In this document: positions 12,801 through 26,700 of the stretch, in pieces | How the letters are laid out: the number at the start of each line of letters is the position of its first letter | How positions within the stretch are numbered: position 1 is the first letter of the stretch | NCBI GenBank assembly: GCA_003344405.1 | Contig: NOWV01000165.1 | Span: 124,001-177,176 of the forward strand | Reading direction: 5' to 3' | DNA: 53,176 nt | DNA from: Trichoplax sp. H2 | Lineage: Eukaryota | Notes under the pieces: generated by a model | Told to the model about the DNA's origin: nothing | The model's database searches: none | The model's input: the letters and a program-made list of their open reading frames with translations, nothing else | Made by a program: the position numbers and the translations under genes

Positions 12801-15800
12801 AAGTTAGTTAGGCCCGATAGAGTTTTAGTGATAGTATACAAAACTGCTGCGTCTTAGCAAAATAGTTTAAAATAAGAAATCATTTAATAAAATCATGTAA
12901 TTTTATGAAGGTAGAATACGATTTTACAATACTAGACCCAGGAATCGAGTTTGAGGATACTCACAACTTCCCGAATGGAACAGGTAGTTTCAACGCTCTT
13001 AAGGTACAGGAATAGCCTATCACCCTTTTATCATTGTTCGAAGCTATTTCTAGTTAATTTTAACTCCATAAAGCTTATATTATACAAAAAATATCAACTT
13101 TTATCATTGTTCAACTAAATTTTATTTCATAGACAATTGTATCTTCCAAACATAACCGTCTGCTAGAGCACCCACTACCTGCTAAACTTCTCGATACAAA
13201 ATGGTAGATCACTACTTCTTTCACAAATAATTATCAAAATACTTATTCAGAATTCAGTCATTCTTAAAAATGTCAAGTATCATTTTAACGTTTCCTAATT
13301 ACAATATAGGTCCAGATTTGGTCGTCATGTTTATTGGAGCAACTTAGCCGTTTATATTTCCTTTGTCTTTGCATTTAGCGCCTATGTTATAGAAGTAACA
13401 AGATACAAGCAAAGCTTATTTCCAGAGGTTAAATTCATAGGCTTTGAAAGAAATAGTTCAGTAAGCACAGTTAAGCCATCTACAATTCCATCCACTGTTA
13501 ATCATACTACTCATAATCCAATCAACACCACAACGATTGATGTGGTAAGTTTAGTTCTAAGTCCTTTGTCGATTTGGCAGGCTTTGTAGCGTTTCTAAAT
13601 CTACTGTAGAGTGATAAATTCTATTAATCGACAGCTTTTCGGAGTATCTTCCATTGAATAATATTTACATTAATCCAGGTAAATAATTAATATTATAATT
13701 TTTTAACTCAGGTCTTACAAGAAAAGATACCATTGCTAATTTTCCTTCGAATGTGGATCGGTATATTTTCGGGAATCAACGTATTACGAGAGATCTTTCA
13801 ACTTTACCAAGAGGTAAAAGCTATATGATTGGAATTGTTTATGATTAAACTATTCAATTCTTAGAAGTATCAATTGAATTAATAAATAATTTTTAATTAT
13901 AAGAGATAGAAGATGGAATTTAGAAAATATCAAATCTTATTTGTTTCACTTTACAGCGTCTTAATTATTATTTAAACCGAGAAAATTACGTGGAACTCGC
14001 ATTGCACATCATAGTCCTCCTATTTATTACCAATTCTAACCTTAATGGATATTTTTGGTGTATCGGAAGCTTAGCTATTCAACTCTCTTTCATGGATTTA
14101 GTTTTATTTTTAAGAAAGTAAGGATAAGAATAGAACGCTTACGAGTATGGTTAAACCAGCAGCTCTGTTAATCCGTTAGTCCTTCTCTTACAGAAATTAT
14201 TTTTAAACCAGTACGATATTCTTCTAGTAATTGTTGTAAATATTCATGATTATCATCTCTAGGCTTCCGTATATTGGGAAATATGTAGTTATGATGCGAT
14301 CTGTAGCTATTACTGCTTTAAAGGTATATGTATATATTGGTAGACATAAGTAAATGTTGATAAGCTACTGCAATATAAAATCTTTACTAGTTGCTCCACT
14401 CGGTTGTTCAAGATTTTTATTTACTCCGTTATTGCAGCTTTACTATTACAGTAAATTTAATACGCAATAGTAAATTTGGATTTTTTTGATCATTTCGATT
14501 AAAATTATCGATAATCGATTTTTGATTTAGGTTACTATCATTGCTGTCATTCTGATGGTAGGGTTCGCTATTAGCTTTGGTATGCTTTGTAATCAACAGG
14601 TTAGTAAATATTCTATTGACTGATATTTGGCATTAGCTTTACATACATGATGTACAGCACTATATTTGCTAAGGTTAATATGTAAAAATACTAAGATCAG
14701 AACTTTACTCAAGACCAATTAGAACATCAAACAGATACAAGTATACCCTAGTGCCGTAATTCCTTATTGGAGATCAATCTGTTCATAGCGTTTGCTTTTT
14801 TAAACTTTTACAAGTAGTCTTATATACTTTTCCAGCTATAACGATGATAACGAGAATTAATAATTAAGCCAACTCACCATATATTTGAAAATAACCGCCA
14901 AAATACAATATAGCATTCTTACTGATTAATCAATTTGCCTTATAAAACTAGGATTGCATAAAAAATACCTAATGTTCTGTTATCGCGTTATTTCGAAATA
15001 AAAGCGACAGTAGTAGGAAGATAATTATTTATTCATCAGTTATGATTGCATAGACTTTGCATTCTGATGACAAGATTTGTACTTTCTATGCAGATAATTT
15101 CAGACAATCACAGATTGTCAGTTTATTCAATTTCTATTCGTATGTAACAGAGCTTGCATAAGTAAAATAGAAATACAATTAAAGAAGCCCATAAGCGAAT
15201 TTCTAATATTCACTTTATGTAGGCGGCTTTCCACACTTTCGGATTATCATTTACTAAAGTTGTCGATATGACGGTTGGAGAAATCGACTACGATACGTTA
15301 TTATCCGGTATAAGTACTGGTGTCATAACTTATCCGAACAGCTACGTGCTAATTCTCGTTCTAATGGTCTTCATTTTCTTAATGCCTATCCTAATTATAA
15401 ATTTAATGGTGAGTTATCAACTCGAGCATAATTCTAAGATAAAAATAACGTTACTGTGTTATCGCAACATTCTTAGTTTCACTTATCAGAGTTATACAAA
15501 TGCTACCTTTACATAGCGTGTACCACTCTGCGCGCATATACTTACGTGTAATTTACTATGTATTGCACATTATTCAATGACATTTTGGCCGTTAGCGTAC
15601 GTCAGGAATAATATGATTTGAGTTAGTTACAAGTAGAAATCTTCATTATCCGATTTCATAGGTCGAAACTAGCCTATTATGGTCACTTAAATTATTGCAA
15701 GTAATTAGTTACTAGCCATTCGAAATCTGTTATGGTATTGTACTCTTTGAATCCGCGATTTTGCCTTGTATAGATTGGCTTAGCCGTTGACGACATTGCT

Positions 15801-16345
15801 GAAATAGAGAAGGCGGCTGCTCTTCAACGGTTAGCCGATTTAACCGAATTCTTCTATAATATCGAAAGAGCAGTACCTACCTACTTTCGGCGATTTTTTG
15901 CCTTAGATAAAATCACTTGTATGGAAACTAAAAGAAACGGTGTAAGCAACACTGTCTCATAGTAAAATGATAGATTTAACATACTTAAATATCTATTACA
16001 ACTACTCTTTAACCATAAAGTACCACTTTTACTGGTAATATATCAATCAGTGATGATCAGATTATGTATTGAATTTCTAGAATATGATTAAAGAGGATAA
16101 GAAGGATTTGATACAAGATCGCATTAATTTCATTCGAGACATAAATGACAAGCTGGAATCACAAGATTTAAAGTAATACTGTAGTACAACATAATAAATA
16201 TTTTTATTAAATACCTATCTTGAAAACCATAATTCGTTCATACCTATATTTATGCTATTTCAGGTTAGAAAATCTGGATTTACAGTTTGATATCATTCAA
16301 CAAAATCTTGAAAAATTACTTCATCAATCATCACGAAATGATTGA
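6828..16345 (+). CDS. TRPA1: TRPA1-like cation channel, paralog 2 (complete, ~26 coding exons, ~16 ankyrin repeats plus 6 TM)
   Basis: Exons ~6828-6917 (MELESMQLTSPIIITKPSKSKISMINPGYK), 7283-7445, 7571-7746, 8414-8521, 8615-8821, 8981-9028, 9347-9520, 9788-9988, 10318-10401, 10487-10569, 11239-11399, 11545-11659, 11773-11942, 12107-12191, 12552-12617, 12911-13003, 13133-13203, 13310-13544, 13712-13813, 13957-14117, 14263-14323, 14531-14599, 15223-15408, 15774-15941, 16081-16172, 16264-16345 (TGA). Repeated TPLH-type ankyrin motifs, pore 'DMTVGEIDYD', S6 'MPILIINLMIGLAVDDI'. The start codon is inferred. Confidence 0.92.
12265..12415. repeat. Degenerate two-copy intronic duplication (~95-bp period)
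   Basis: 'ggctagcag...tgattttt(t)cc.t....tggagata.gt.gcatt' occurs at ~12272 and ~12366. Confidence 0.6.
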
Positions 16346-17699
16346 AGGCCACTAGTTGATTGATTTTTTCTAAGATTATTGTTTAATATATTAATAATAT
16401 GCACTTTAACATCACAAATTGGTTCTAAATGGATTATCTGTTTTCAGTAATTCCTGTGTCTTTATTTTTTCTTATTTCCTAACAATAACGAACAAAAATT
16501 ACATTATTTATCACTATTACTTGCAATTATACGTATTATTATTATAATAAATGGCTTCATCATACGAATATACTTGATAGACTTGATATAATATTATTTA
16601 TTACCTATTTATTTATGCCATTCTGACATGTTACGAAATTATAAAACCATTCCATCAAGTGAATATATTCAAATAATTTAATTTATAGTTTTATTTAAAT
16701 CTTTAATTCTTTGCACGTTTTCCTTAAATGATACCCGATATGAATAATTCCATCATGTGAATATCTAATATTACGCGATGCTATACCTGCGTATAGCTCA
16801 TGACTGATTTCTAACTACGGTTATGGTACGGTATATTACTGAAGATGTAATTACTGCTGTATAAAACATAAACATATATAGCTGTATGTTATAATGTTAT
16901 ATATGTTTATACCGCAGATGCGCTGATATGTGTTTTGTAAGATATTTTTCTGATATGAATACAAAGCATCAGTTGCGCTGACACTGTTAGTCTGCTACTG
17001 ATAAAGATAGTTTTAGTTTAGTAGCAGCCTACTTGCTCAGCTCTTATATACTGCACAGTAAGCTAGACCACATACGATACTGTATGCTACATAAATCAGT
17101 TAACTTAATTATGAAAGAGAGAAAAGTACGCACTATGCGCCTCTTGATATTGCACATTCACGTTACTACAGTTTCATTTATTGCTAGTAGACCCTCGCTC
17201 GTTACACTGCGCGTACTATACTTAATAGAAGATCATAAAATTAATTGAAAATTTACAGCGCTACGTAGACTGTAGTGCTGTACTGCATCTTTTAACTTAC
17301 TGTAAGATTTCAAGAAATCAAGATTGAAATTTAATTTGATATATTTTTTTATGTCGTTATAAGTTATAATGATCGGAATACTGTACTCTAATAAATAAAA
17401 ATAGTACGCGTATATGCAGTATCTTTATTATAATCAGATAGATTTGTATGTCCATACATATAATGTGCTCAGTCATCAACAGTATCCTACCATATTCTGT
17501 GCGAAATATATCAAGCGAGCTTACTAGTGCCCAATCTAAATGATACGAACAGTACTAAAGGGATTGAAAGTTTTGAAACTAAATTAAAAGGTAATTCATG
17601 GCCCAAGTATACAGGTATAGCATTGTTTAGAAACAGTGTCGTGTTAAGCAGTATGTTGTACCTATAGTATCTTGTAATATATAGACTTCCTCTGGTAGT

Positions 17700-18380
17700 A
17701 ATACGTATTGTAGTGTTCGATGGCAATGTCTTTCTTGGCTTGAATTAGTAGACAAGAGACGCTTTTCAATTAGCTAGTACTGTACTGTGCCATATACTGA
17801 GCAAATCACATGCACAGTGAGCCATCATATTACACCATATATATTATGCAGTAACCGAGAACAGGTATAGTAGTATCGAGTAGTCGATGGTAAGGTCTTC
17901 CTTGGCTTAAATTAGTAGACAAGAGACGCTTATGGACCGTATACCGATCAAATGACATGCACAATTCTAATTAGCGATCATACTACACCATATATATTAT
18001 GCTGTAAGCGAAAACAGGTGTAGTAATATCGAGTAGTCGATAGTAAGGTCTCCCTTGGCTTAAATTAGTAGACAAGAGACGCTTATGGACCGTATACCGA
18101 TGAAATGACATGCACAATTCTAATTAGCGATCATACTACACCATATATATTATGCAGTAACCGAGAACAGGTGTAGTAATATCGAGTAGTCGATAGTAAG
18201 GTCTTCCTTGGCTTAAATTAGTAGACAAGAGACGCTTATGGACCGTATACCGATGAAATGACATGCACAATTCTAATTAGCGATCATACTACACCATATA
18301 CATTATGCAGTAACCGAGAACAGGTAAAGTAGTATCGAGTAGTCGATAGTAAGGCCTTCGTTAGCTTGAATCAATTAGAA
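17700..18380. repeat. Tandem repeat, 153-bp unit, ~4.3 copies (three highly similar, outer copies degenerate)
   Basis: The motif 'taaggtcttccttggcttaaattagtagacaagagacgcttatggaccgtatacc' starts at 17891, 18044 and 18197, with a partial copy at 18350 (exact 153-bp spacing). A diverged copy lies at ~17724. Confidence 0.95.
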
Positions 18381-18424
18381 ATAGTAGGAGTTTAAGCTTT
18401 AGCAAGTGTGTGAAAAGTGAACGT

Positions 18425-18477
18425 CCAATCGTCCATGACCAAATCAATTCAACATAAATTTCAACGAATGACGTCAT
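18425..18477. promoter_or_regulatory. Candidate promoter elements upstream of paralog 3: CCAAT (18425) and perfect CRE/ATF palindrome ATGACGTCAT (18468-18477)
   Basis: The motifs are seen directly in a locally CpG-richer patch. Function is inferred only. Confidence 0.35.
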
Positions 18478-19189
18478 ATGCTCCTATTGATTGACATTCA
18501 GTCCGTCATTCGTCTATACGGGTTATGGCTATTCTCTTCCTCTTCTAGCCTTCGGTACTATAGTGCCGCTACTATACAGTAAACTTAGATGGATTAACCT
18601 AGACTCTTATAAGACTAACATCTGTATTGATATACGAGTTGATTATTGACTTGTTTGTTTTGTTTTCTAGCCTCAGTTGGCTTGGCTTCAGCCGCGTAAT
18701 AATACAACAATACAATCCGCCAACTGCTTGATTTTCAAATGATTCACTCTACAGTGTTCGTGTACACTGGCTTCAGCTACAGGAAGATCGTGCTCATTTT
18801 AGTTGACTTGAACCATTCTAGGAATGGGCTTGTTCGATCATTGCTACCTGTAGTATAGAGTCAGGAAGAAGATTGGCGAGAAAAATTGATGGTCTTGGAA
18901 AATAAATCTTTCATGTAAGTCATTAATAACGACATGTACACTTGTACAATGTACTTTAAATCAATTTTTCTTATGTTAGGTCCATGATTTAAATGAATTA
19001 TCGCAATAGTAATATTTACTGAACCTTCATCTACCAGCACATACAATATTAAGTCATTTTAATTGCAATAAAGGAAGTTGATTTTTTACATCGAAATTGG
19101 AAAACGAAGGTAAATAAGCTGCTTTACAGTACTTCTGGCAGATATTTTACGAATATAGATCATTCAATAAAAGTGTTTATCAATCCTAT

Positions 19190-19555
19190 CGTGTAGATGC
19201 ACTAGTGTTGATCATTAATAATATAGATTACAATACAGTAACTGTACAGTTTATATAAGTTATGGCATCAGAAGGAATATCTTTTAGTAGTGCCTGGTAA
19301 GAAGTTACTTCTTGGCATGGCATTGAATGTCATACTTAAACATCAACTGGTGTTGATCCTAATTGACTACAGTACACTACTGTACAAATAATTGCAAGTT
19401 GTTAACCAGTATAAATTATCGTATAGTAAAACGAGCATCTTCTTAAGTAGCCTGTGGTAAGCAGTTACATCATGGCATATCGTTCAATAGAGTATTTTAT
19501 TGAACTCCAATTTCATACTTAGCATGAACTGGTGTTGGTATTAATTGACTACCGT
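19190..19555. repeat. Degenerate local duplication (~160-180-bp period)
   Basis: 'tggtaag.agttac.tc.tggcat' and 'cat.aactggtgttg...taattgactac' each occur twice (~19295/19455 and ~19341/19523). Confidence 0.55.
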
Positions 19556-20775
19556 CAAAATAAAGCCGAGTTGTTGATCCATTATGGCATAGTAAGGAGT
19601 TCATCTTGGTATATACGATATGCCATAAAATCAACTTTGATACTTTCGTTGAATGTATGGTTACTTGACTAGATGAAATAGACTTCAAGTCAATCTTAAC
19701 TGACATAATTACAAGAAATGAGCGATATGAGCATTCTTCTTTTTATAGTCCTATCTTAACTCCCTTGTTGTTTATTAGATTGACGGTATATTTTGGCTTA
19801 TTATGCTTAAGTTTAGGTTGATTAAGGAAAAGTGTCAATTGACTACCAAATTAAGTAGGAGACATTCTTTTGTACAACCCAATTGGATTTAACTGACAAA
19901 ATGCGAGAAAATAGAAAATCAAGAATAACATCAGCGCGATTACCCAGTGTCCATGATATATTTTGGGTGCGTATCTATGTTTCATTTCGATTTTTAAAAA
20001 CTCCCTTGAGATAGAACTCATGATATCAGATAGCATTCTTCTTCATATCGAGTCTACATACTCTTCTTTCCACATCCTTGAAGCACCGGTAAGGCAGATA
20101 AATACAAGCAACTTTTATTCACCATCTAGATCCATTGCTTTTATTTCTGTATTGAAATCAAAATTATTTTGTGTGCGTTATGGTACAACTGTAATAGTTA
20201 TTCGCACGTAAATGATAAAGGACAATAATTCACTTGGTCGAAATTAGACGGTAGAAACGATAGTATCAAATACGCACACAGCAGTATAAACGTTCTTGAA
20301 AAACATCCAAGACTTGTTTACCACTAGCATAAATCTCTAGTAAACGATACTGTAATAAGGGACATGAACTAAATATTCTAAGTAACCTGATTTTGATTTG
20401 TCCAACGATCGTATGAATTCAACTCGATTCATGTAGCAATCTGATATCCATAGAATCGCTGATTTGTCACGAATTTTACAACGAGTATTGTAATACAGTA
20501 CTTTGCTCTTCATCAACATAATTCATATCGCCAGTTCAAAATTGCTTAGTGAACTCACCGAGAAAGAATCATAGGTAGTATTTATTAACGCATCTGGTAC
20601 ATCTTTATTGATAATCTTTATCCTGAACAACGTTATAATATCTTAATTAAAAGCATGTATCACAAATAGTACACGAAATTCAATTCAATAGACAATGTAT
20701 ATATATGAACTAGACATAAAATAATTGCTACAATGTTACAAGCTACTTTGATATTTTTCTGATTCAAAATTTTAG

Positions 20776-23700
20776 GCAGCCAAATCCGGAGATATTGAAC
20801 TTATAGAAAAATGTTACAAATCCTCCAATATCAGCGAAATACAAGCAAACGATCGATTTGACCGAAGGGGATTCGCACCATTACATTACGCAGCACAACA
20901 AAATGAAACCGATATGATTCATTACCTATTAAAAAATAAAGCAGGTATCCGTCATGACGGTTATTTCTACATTCTATCAATTCCAGCTATCAATATTATA
21001 CAGTATTCCATAAATTTCTTCAATCAGCTACCGTTCTTGATCCCGCCGTTTAAATTATATTTTTTTCTCTAAAATCAAGACATGCACTCTTCTAATTAAC
21101 CTCATGCAATGCCTGTATACGTATTTGCTCTAACACAGTGTTTATTCATTTTCATATTGTCTAGATGTCAATATTCGAGGTTATGATGATTTAACCCCTC
21201 TTCATGTTGCTGCTAAATATAATAGCCTAAGCGCTGTGCGCGTTTTGCTAGATAATGGTGCTGAAGCCGATGCAAGGGACATTGATGATAGCATACCATT
21301 ACATGAAGCGGTCAAAATGGGTAATTTAAAAGTGTGCAAGGTTAGTTAAACTGGTATTTTCAACTTACAGAAAAAATATGAATTTATCAATTTATATTCT
21401 TAGCAGTCTAAGTATCACCTACAATTATCTCTTATTATAATTATGAACAGGAATTTCTTAATCGCCAGCCATCTCTGATTAATGTAACCAATAAAGATTT
21501 ACAAACTCCTCTACATATTGCTTGTTTAAGGGGAAAAATTGGTGTATGCCAGTTATTAGTTAATAAAATTGTAAGTAAAATATTACTTAATTGCAAGAAT
21601 CTAACTGAGCTAGATACTACTGACAATACAATGCGATCTATAGTGCTTTGCTTGAATCATTAAGATTAAAATATTTTACAATAAAACTGTTGATCAATTA
21701 CGGTATTTATTCATTCATATATTGAAAACATAGTCGGTCGATCTAAGATATTAATGCAATTTTGATCAGGTCAGTACTTCCAGCGAGTTATTGAAAACAG
21801 CAATTGATGGTTGCATGCCGATACATTACGCCGCAGAGCAAGGTAACGTACAAATCATCGAGACTTTGCTCGATGCAGGTTCTGCACAGGGTATCAATTT
21901 CGATAAACAACTCCAAAGTACTGATAAAGAAGGTCGAACGGTCTTATATCGTGCAGTTCAAGGTGGTAAAAAATCAGTAAGTATTTTTGATATAATAGTC
22001 ATATCAATAAGAAACTAGCAAGTTAAGACTAAGTTTCTGGCATAAATACAGTACTTTATATTGATAATTCGTCAACCTTTCTCAAAATACCGAATTTTAG
22101 TCTGTATTAGCCTGCCTTGAACATGTGCAGGATATATCCGCTGTTAAGGTATGCATTTCATCGGTATTTTAAAACTGATCCATCTTTTGCTAATGAAATC
22201 TTCTACGTATAAACATCTTTTAACACCGATAAATAGATTTCTAAATTTGTAAAAACTTAAGTAATTCTTCCGTATTATCTTAACGCAACAAATTATCCAC
22301 AACATAGATGGATGGGATGACCGTTCTTCATGAGGCAGCATCTGGAGGCTTTGCTGATATTACAGATATCTTACTCAAGCATGGAGTATCTATCAATGCT
22401 CAGGATGAGCTTGGAAAAACAGCTCTCCATGCTGCTTGTGGTTATGGTCATATCAAAGTGATAAAAGCCTTACTTGATGGGGTAAGCATAATCTCTGGCA
22501 ATCAACTTACACTGAGTGCTCTTACAGCGGATAATTTTAGATACGCTTATATCGCAACTCTATCCTATCTAAAATGAATATACACTCTTAAATATAGTGT
22601 ATTGTTGTTACCCCTATTTAGAGGCTGAATTTGGAAGTTATATTGCTACAACTACTTTTACAATCTGCCTCATGCGTTAATTGACGTTTACAGTAAAGGA
22701 AAGCATTAAATAATTCCTCCTAGCCATTTTGTTGTTCTTAAGACAACAAACAACTGCATTCTTAAATTTTACTACTGTATGAACACATACACTTAAAAAA
22801 TTAGCAGTGCATTAAGCTTGTAGCAACATTGGCTATGCCTTGCTACTAATTTAATATTTTCACATTATAATTATACTCTAACTCAAGAGTTATACATTTC
22901 TAATTACGAAAGTTTGAATGCCATGATAGCCGCTACGCAAAATTTGAGTAAAGGCCATTTAATATACCATAAAAGGAACAGTTTTCACGATTGCGTGAAA
23001 TTAATTACTAATTTTATGGAATTGTTATGGATTAATAATTGTAGCCACCATATCTAAGGGCTGCGATGATACATTACTCTGATATTAGCGCTTAATAAGT
23101 ACGGTACAGTGTATACTATATAGACGCCAGTACTGGTAAGTTGAGCTCTGTTATCATATTTTAAATCCATTTAAACTTGTTTTACGCTTTTTTACTAACG
23201 TCCATTTCCATAAAGCAAATAAAAACATTTGCTTTTAGAATCAGTAAATCTCGTATGATTACTATATCTAGTGGTATGCTAACGGTCTCAGCGGTAAAAG
23301 AATACCCCAAAATATATACGTGTATATAATACGTATTATTTCAGCTATATCATTTTCGTTAAAATTAACCGTGTTAATGCCATCCTAATCGTGCTGATCT
23401 TTCGTTCATATTTTTAATCATAGGGTGCTGACATGCGGCTAGCTGATAGTAGACGCAGAACACCATTACTTTTTGCAATAGAAAACGGCCAACTTGATGT
23501 AATCAAATTTTTATTAAAGCAAATTCCAAAAGTTGACTGTGTCGATGTGCAAGATAAGAATGGCTTGCATATAGCTGCAAGTCATGGTTATATTAGAGTT
23601 TTAACATATTTGATCATGGTAAAGCGATTTATTTATAAAATACGATAGATAATACTCAAAGTGCAAGTTTATACGGACAATAATTAACCAAAATCAATTT

Positions 23701-26700
23701 ATGTAATATAGAAAGGAGCCAGATCTCATGTTAACAACAAGGATGTCTTTGGGAGAACACCAATACATTATGCTGCAGATGAAGGCTATACCCAAGTACC
23801 GCCATACGATACAATCTTTACATATATTTTAATTACAGTATTTGTAGGCATAGCCAATTTTAGTGAATCATTCCATTTTATCTTGAAATTTGACAGATTG
23901 TAGACATTCTCTTTAGTAATGGGGGAGACCTCAATTATTCCGACATTGATACCAACACACCTCTACACCTAGCTTGCAAGTAAGCCATATTTGACATTAA
24001 CCTAAATAGTTCGAACAGATATATACTCCTTTAGATGCTGTTAACACTATGATCCCTTAAATAGTATAATTTTTCTTTTGCGTTTTCTTAATTTACGAAT
24101 TCTAATTAAAGAAAAGGCGAATTTTCCTGCGTTAAATTGATATGCGATAAGTCTCTGGCTCAGTTGAATATGTATGGAGAGCGTTCTCGTACTCCATTGC
24201 ACTTGGCAACTATAAATAACCATGCAAATATCGTAGAATATCTTCTTCAACGTGGGGCTGATATTAATAAAAGGTTTAATTGTGTCGCTTAAAGCAATTA
24301 CGAAAATAAGAATTAGTAAATGTTAGCACATCACTAATTACATAATCGAAATTCAAAATATTTGTCAAATTTAACTAGATCCGCAAGATATTTTACGTTA
24401 TATTCGTAATATAAGTTACTGTGTTGTAATGAGATCGTAGAAATGTGCAGCTCTATGTCCACCGATCAATACTTTATTGAGTATTAATTGCGTAGCAATA
24501 GCTAGGTTATTGGGGAGGCCTACGTCCATTTTTAGCTTCTTACGTTGCAGAGTAACAGCCTGTAAAATGTATCTATTTATGATTATAAGTTTTATTTCTA
24601 CAGAGATGGTAGCTATTTTACCTCACTGGATATAGCCATCGATCGAGGATATATTGAAGTTGCCGAAGTTTTATTAAGTAACCGCGCTAATGTTAACTTA
24701 ACAAACAGCAACCAGGTATTACTTTCAAGGCGGGTGTTCCATCTTGCAATCTAAAGCTAACAGCCACTGCGGTCCATTGAATGTCTATTTTACAGGATAC
24801 GCCACTACACATTGCTGCTAGAAAAGGTGATATCAAAACCTTGGAATTACTGCTTCACAAAGGTGGAGAGATTTTCGCTCTCAATAAAGATAATATGACA
24901 TGCCTTGATCTTGCCATTGATAACGCCAATAAAGATGTTGCACTGTTACTTGTGAACCAGAAAGGGTACTAGTATAGCTTAAAAATATTAATTTGTTATT
25001 TATTTTTAGTAAAGACTGTCTAAAAATTCAATTTCTAGATATGAACTATCATTATGAAGCTAAAACGCATTTAGTTTTAGCTAAACCTTTTAAATATTTA
25101 TGATTTTAAGATCTTGCTAGCATAAGTTAATTTCTTTCTTGTTGTCTTTATGTTGAATTTTTGATTATAGAGCTAGAAGCATTTTGATGAGAACGGACTC
25201 TAAGGGATGGACTGTCATGCAACGTTTAGTTCAAAAGTTACCAGAAGTAGCAAAGGTAAATTGGATAATTTATGACAGTATATTTTAGCACAATTCAATT
25301 TATACAGATTCTTTTCCGTTAGGCCATCATGGATCAGTGCGTAGAATATTCTGGTCGAGACCGAATTGCATACGAATACAAAGTAAATATTTATTTTTTA
25401 CTTGTTAAATTTTAGCTATCTATGAAAAAAACTTTCTTAACTATAGTTCACTAATTATATATCTTAAAATCTTTACAATAATTATAAGATGAAATGCGAT
25501 TTTACATTTATTGATCCTGGACCAGACTTTGAGGAAAATCATACTATTGAAATTAGAAACAAAATGGTTATTCCAAATCATAACGCACTACAAGTTTGTA
25601 TTTTGATATTTATTCTAGACGCTAATGATTGTATTATTCATTATGATTATCACACTTTATGTATTCTAACATTTCCTACAACAGACAATGAAAAGATTCA
25701 AACGGGGTGAATTATTAAATCATCAACTATCTAAGGTTCTCTTGGACAGTAAATGGTAATAGAAATAACTTCTTAAATTGACCAGAAAAACTAGACGCTA
25801 CACGTTTTACCAAAATTAAAGATATTATAAAATATCTATTTTTCCTACTCCTCAAGTCATTCCCTAATACAAGGAATATTAATATATGCTATTCATTAAC
25901 ATGCCTAACAGCTAATACGCTAGGCGATTAAGATTGTACTCAAGCTAACATTTATTAAGTAAAAGAATATAAACTTTCTTCTTATTAAGCTTATCAAAAT
26001 CTCAAAGTCTGCCATTATATTAAAATATATCAAATAAATAAGTAACTAGGCATTTACTCCAAACCTAAGCTTTCCTGCAATCCTATACTATTTTGTCATT
26101 ATCGAATTATTTTATAATATTTTTCAAATACCACAGCTTTTTGAGCATACTTTTACTAATTTAAGTTGACAAATTTATAGTAGCTTATCTTTATTAACCT
26201 AAGATAATTTTTATTTTCCGACTAGGAGATCATTTGGGTCCTATTTTTATTATGCTAATTTGGCAATTTATATGATATTCCTTGCCTTATTATCGTACTT
26301 TGTTGTGGATGTTAGAAGTTCATCTTACAATAGTACCCTTGTACGTGCTTTTTACCCTAAAGTGGCACCCACTACCGATCCTCCAGTGCATGTAACTGAA
26401 TGGAGTAATCCAATCACTACTATAAATACAACATGGCCCTCTATATTCACTACAGAAGTGACAGAAGATACGATCGACGAAGATGATATTATTGTAATCC
26501 CAATTAAATTTTATCTGTACAAATCAATTATAATATTGGTATGAAACCGATATTATTTGCCACATTAATTGCTTAATGTATCAATTTTTAATCTTCAATA
26601 ACAGAAAAAAAAGCCTATCAACTATGCTATTCAAATTTTAGTTATTATATTCGTCAGCGTTAATCTTAGTAAAGAAGCATATCAAGTTTTTCATAAGGTA

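Noticed and set aside
17700-18380. CRISPR-like regularly spaced repeats
   Set aside because: The whole 153-bp unit is repeated with no unique spacers, there are no cas genes, and the context is eukaryotic.
17033-20519. Cluster of 60-82 aa ORFs between paralogs 2 and 3 as a hidden gene
   Set aside because: Mixed strands, no homology I can recognise and no consistent exon chain. Likely chance ORFs, apart from possible 5' exons of paralog 3.
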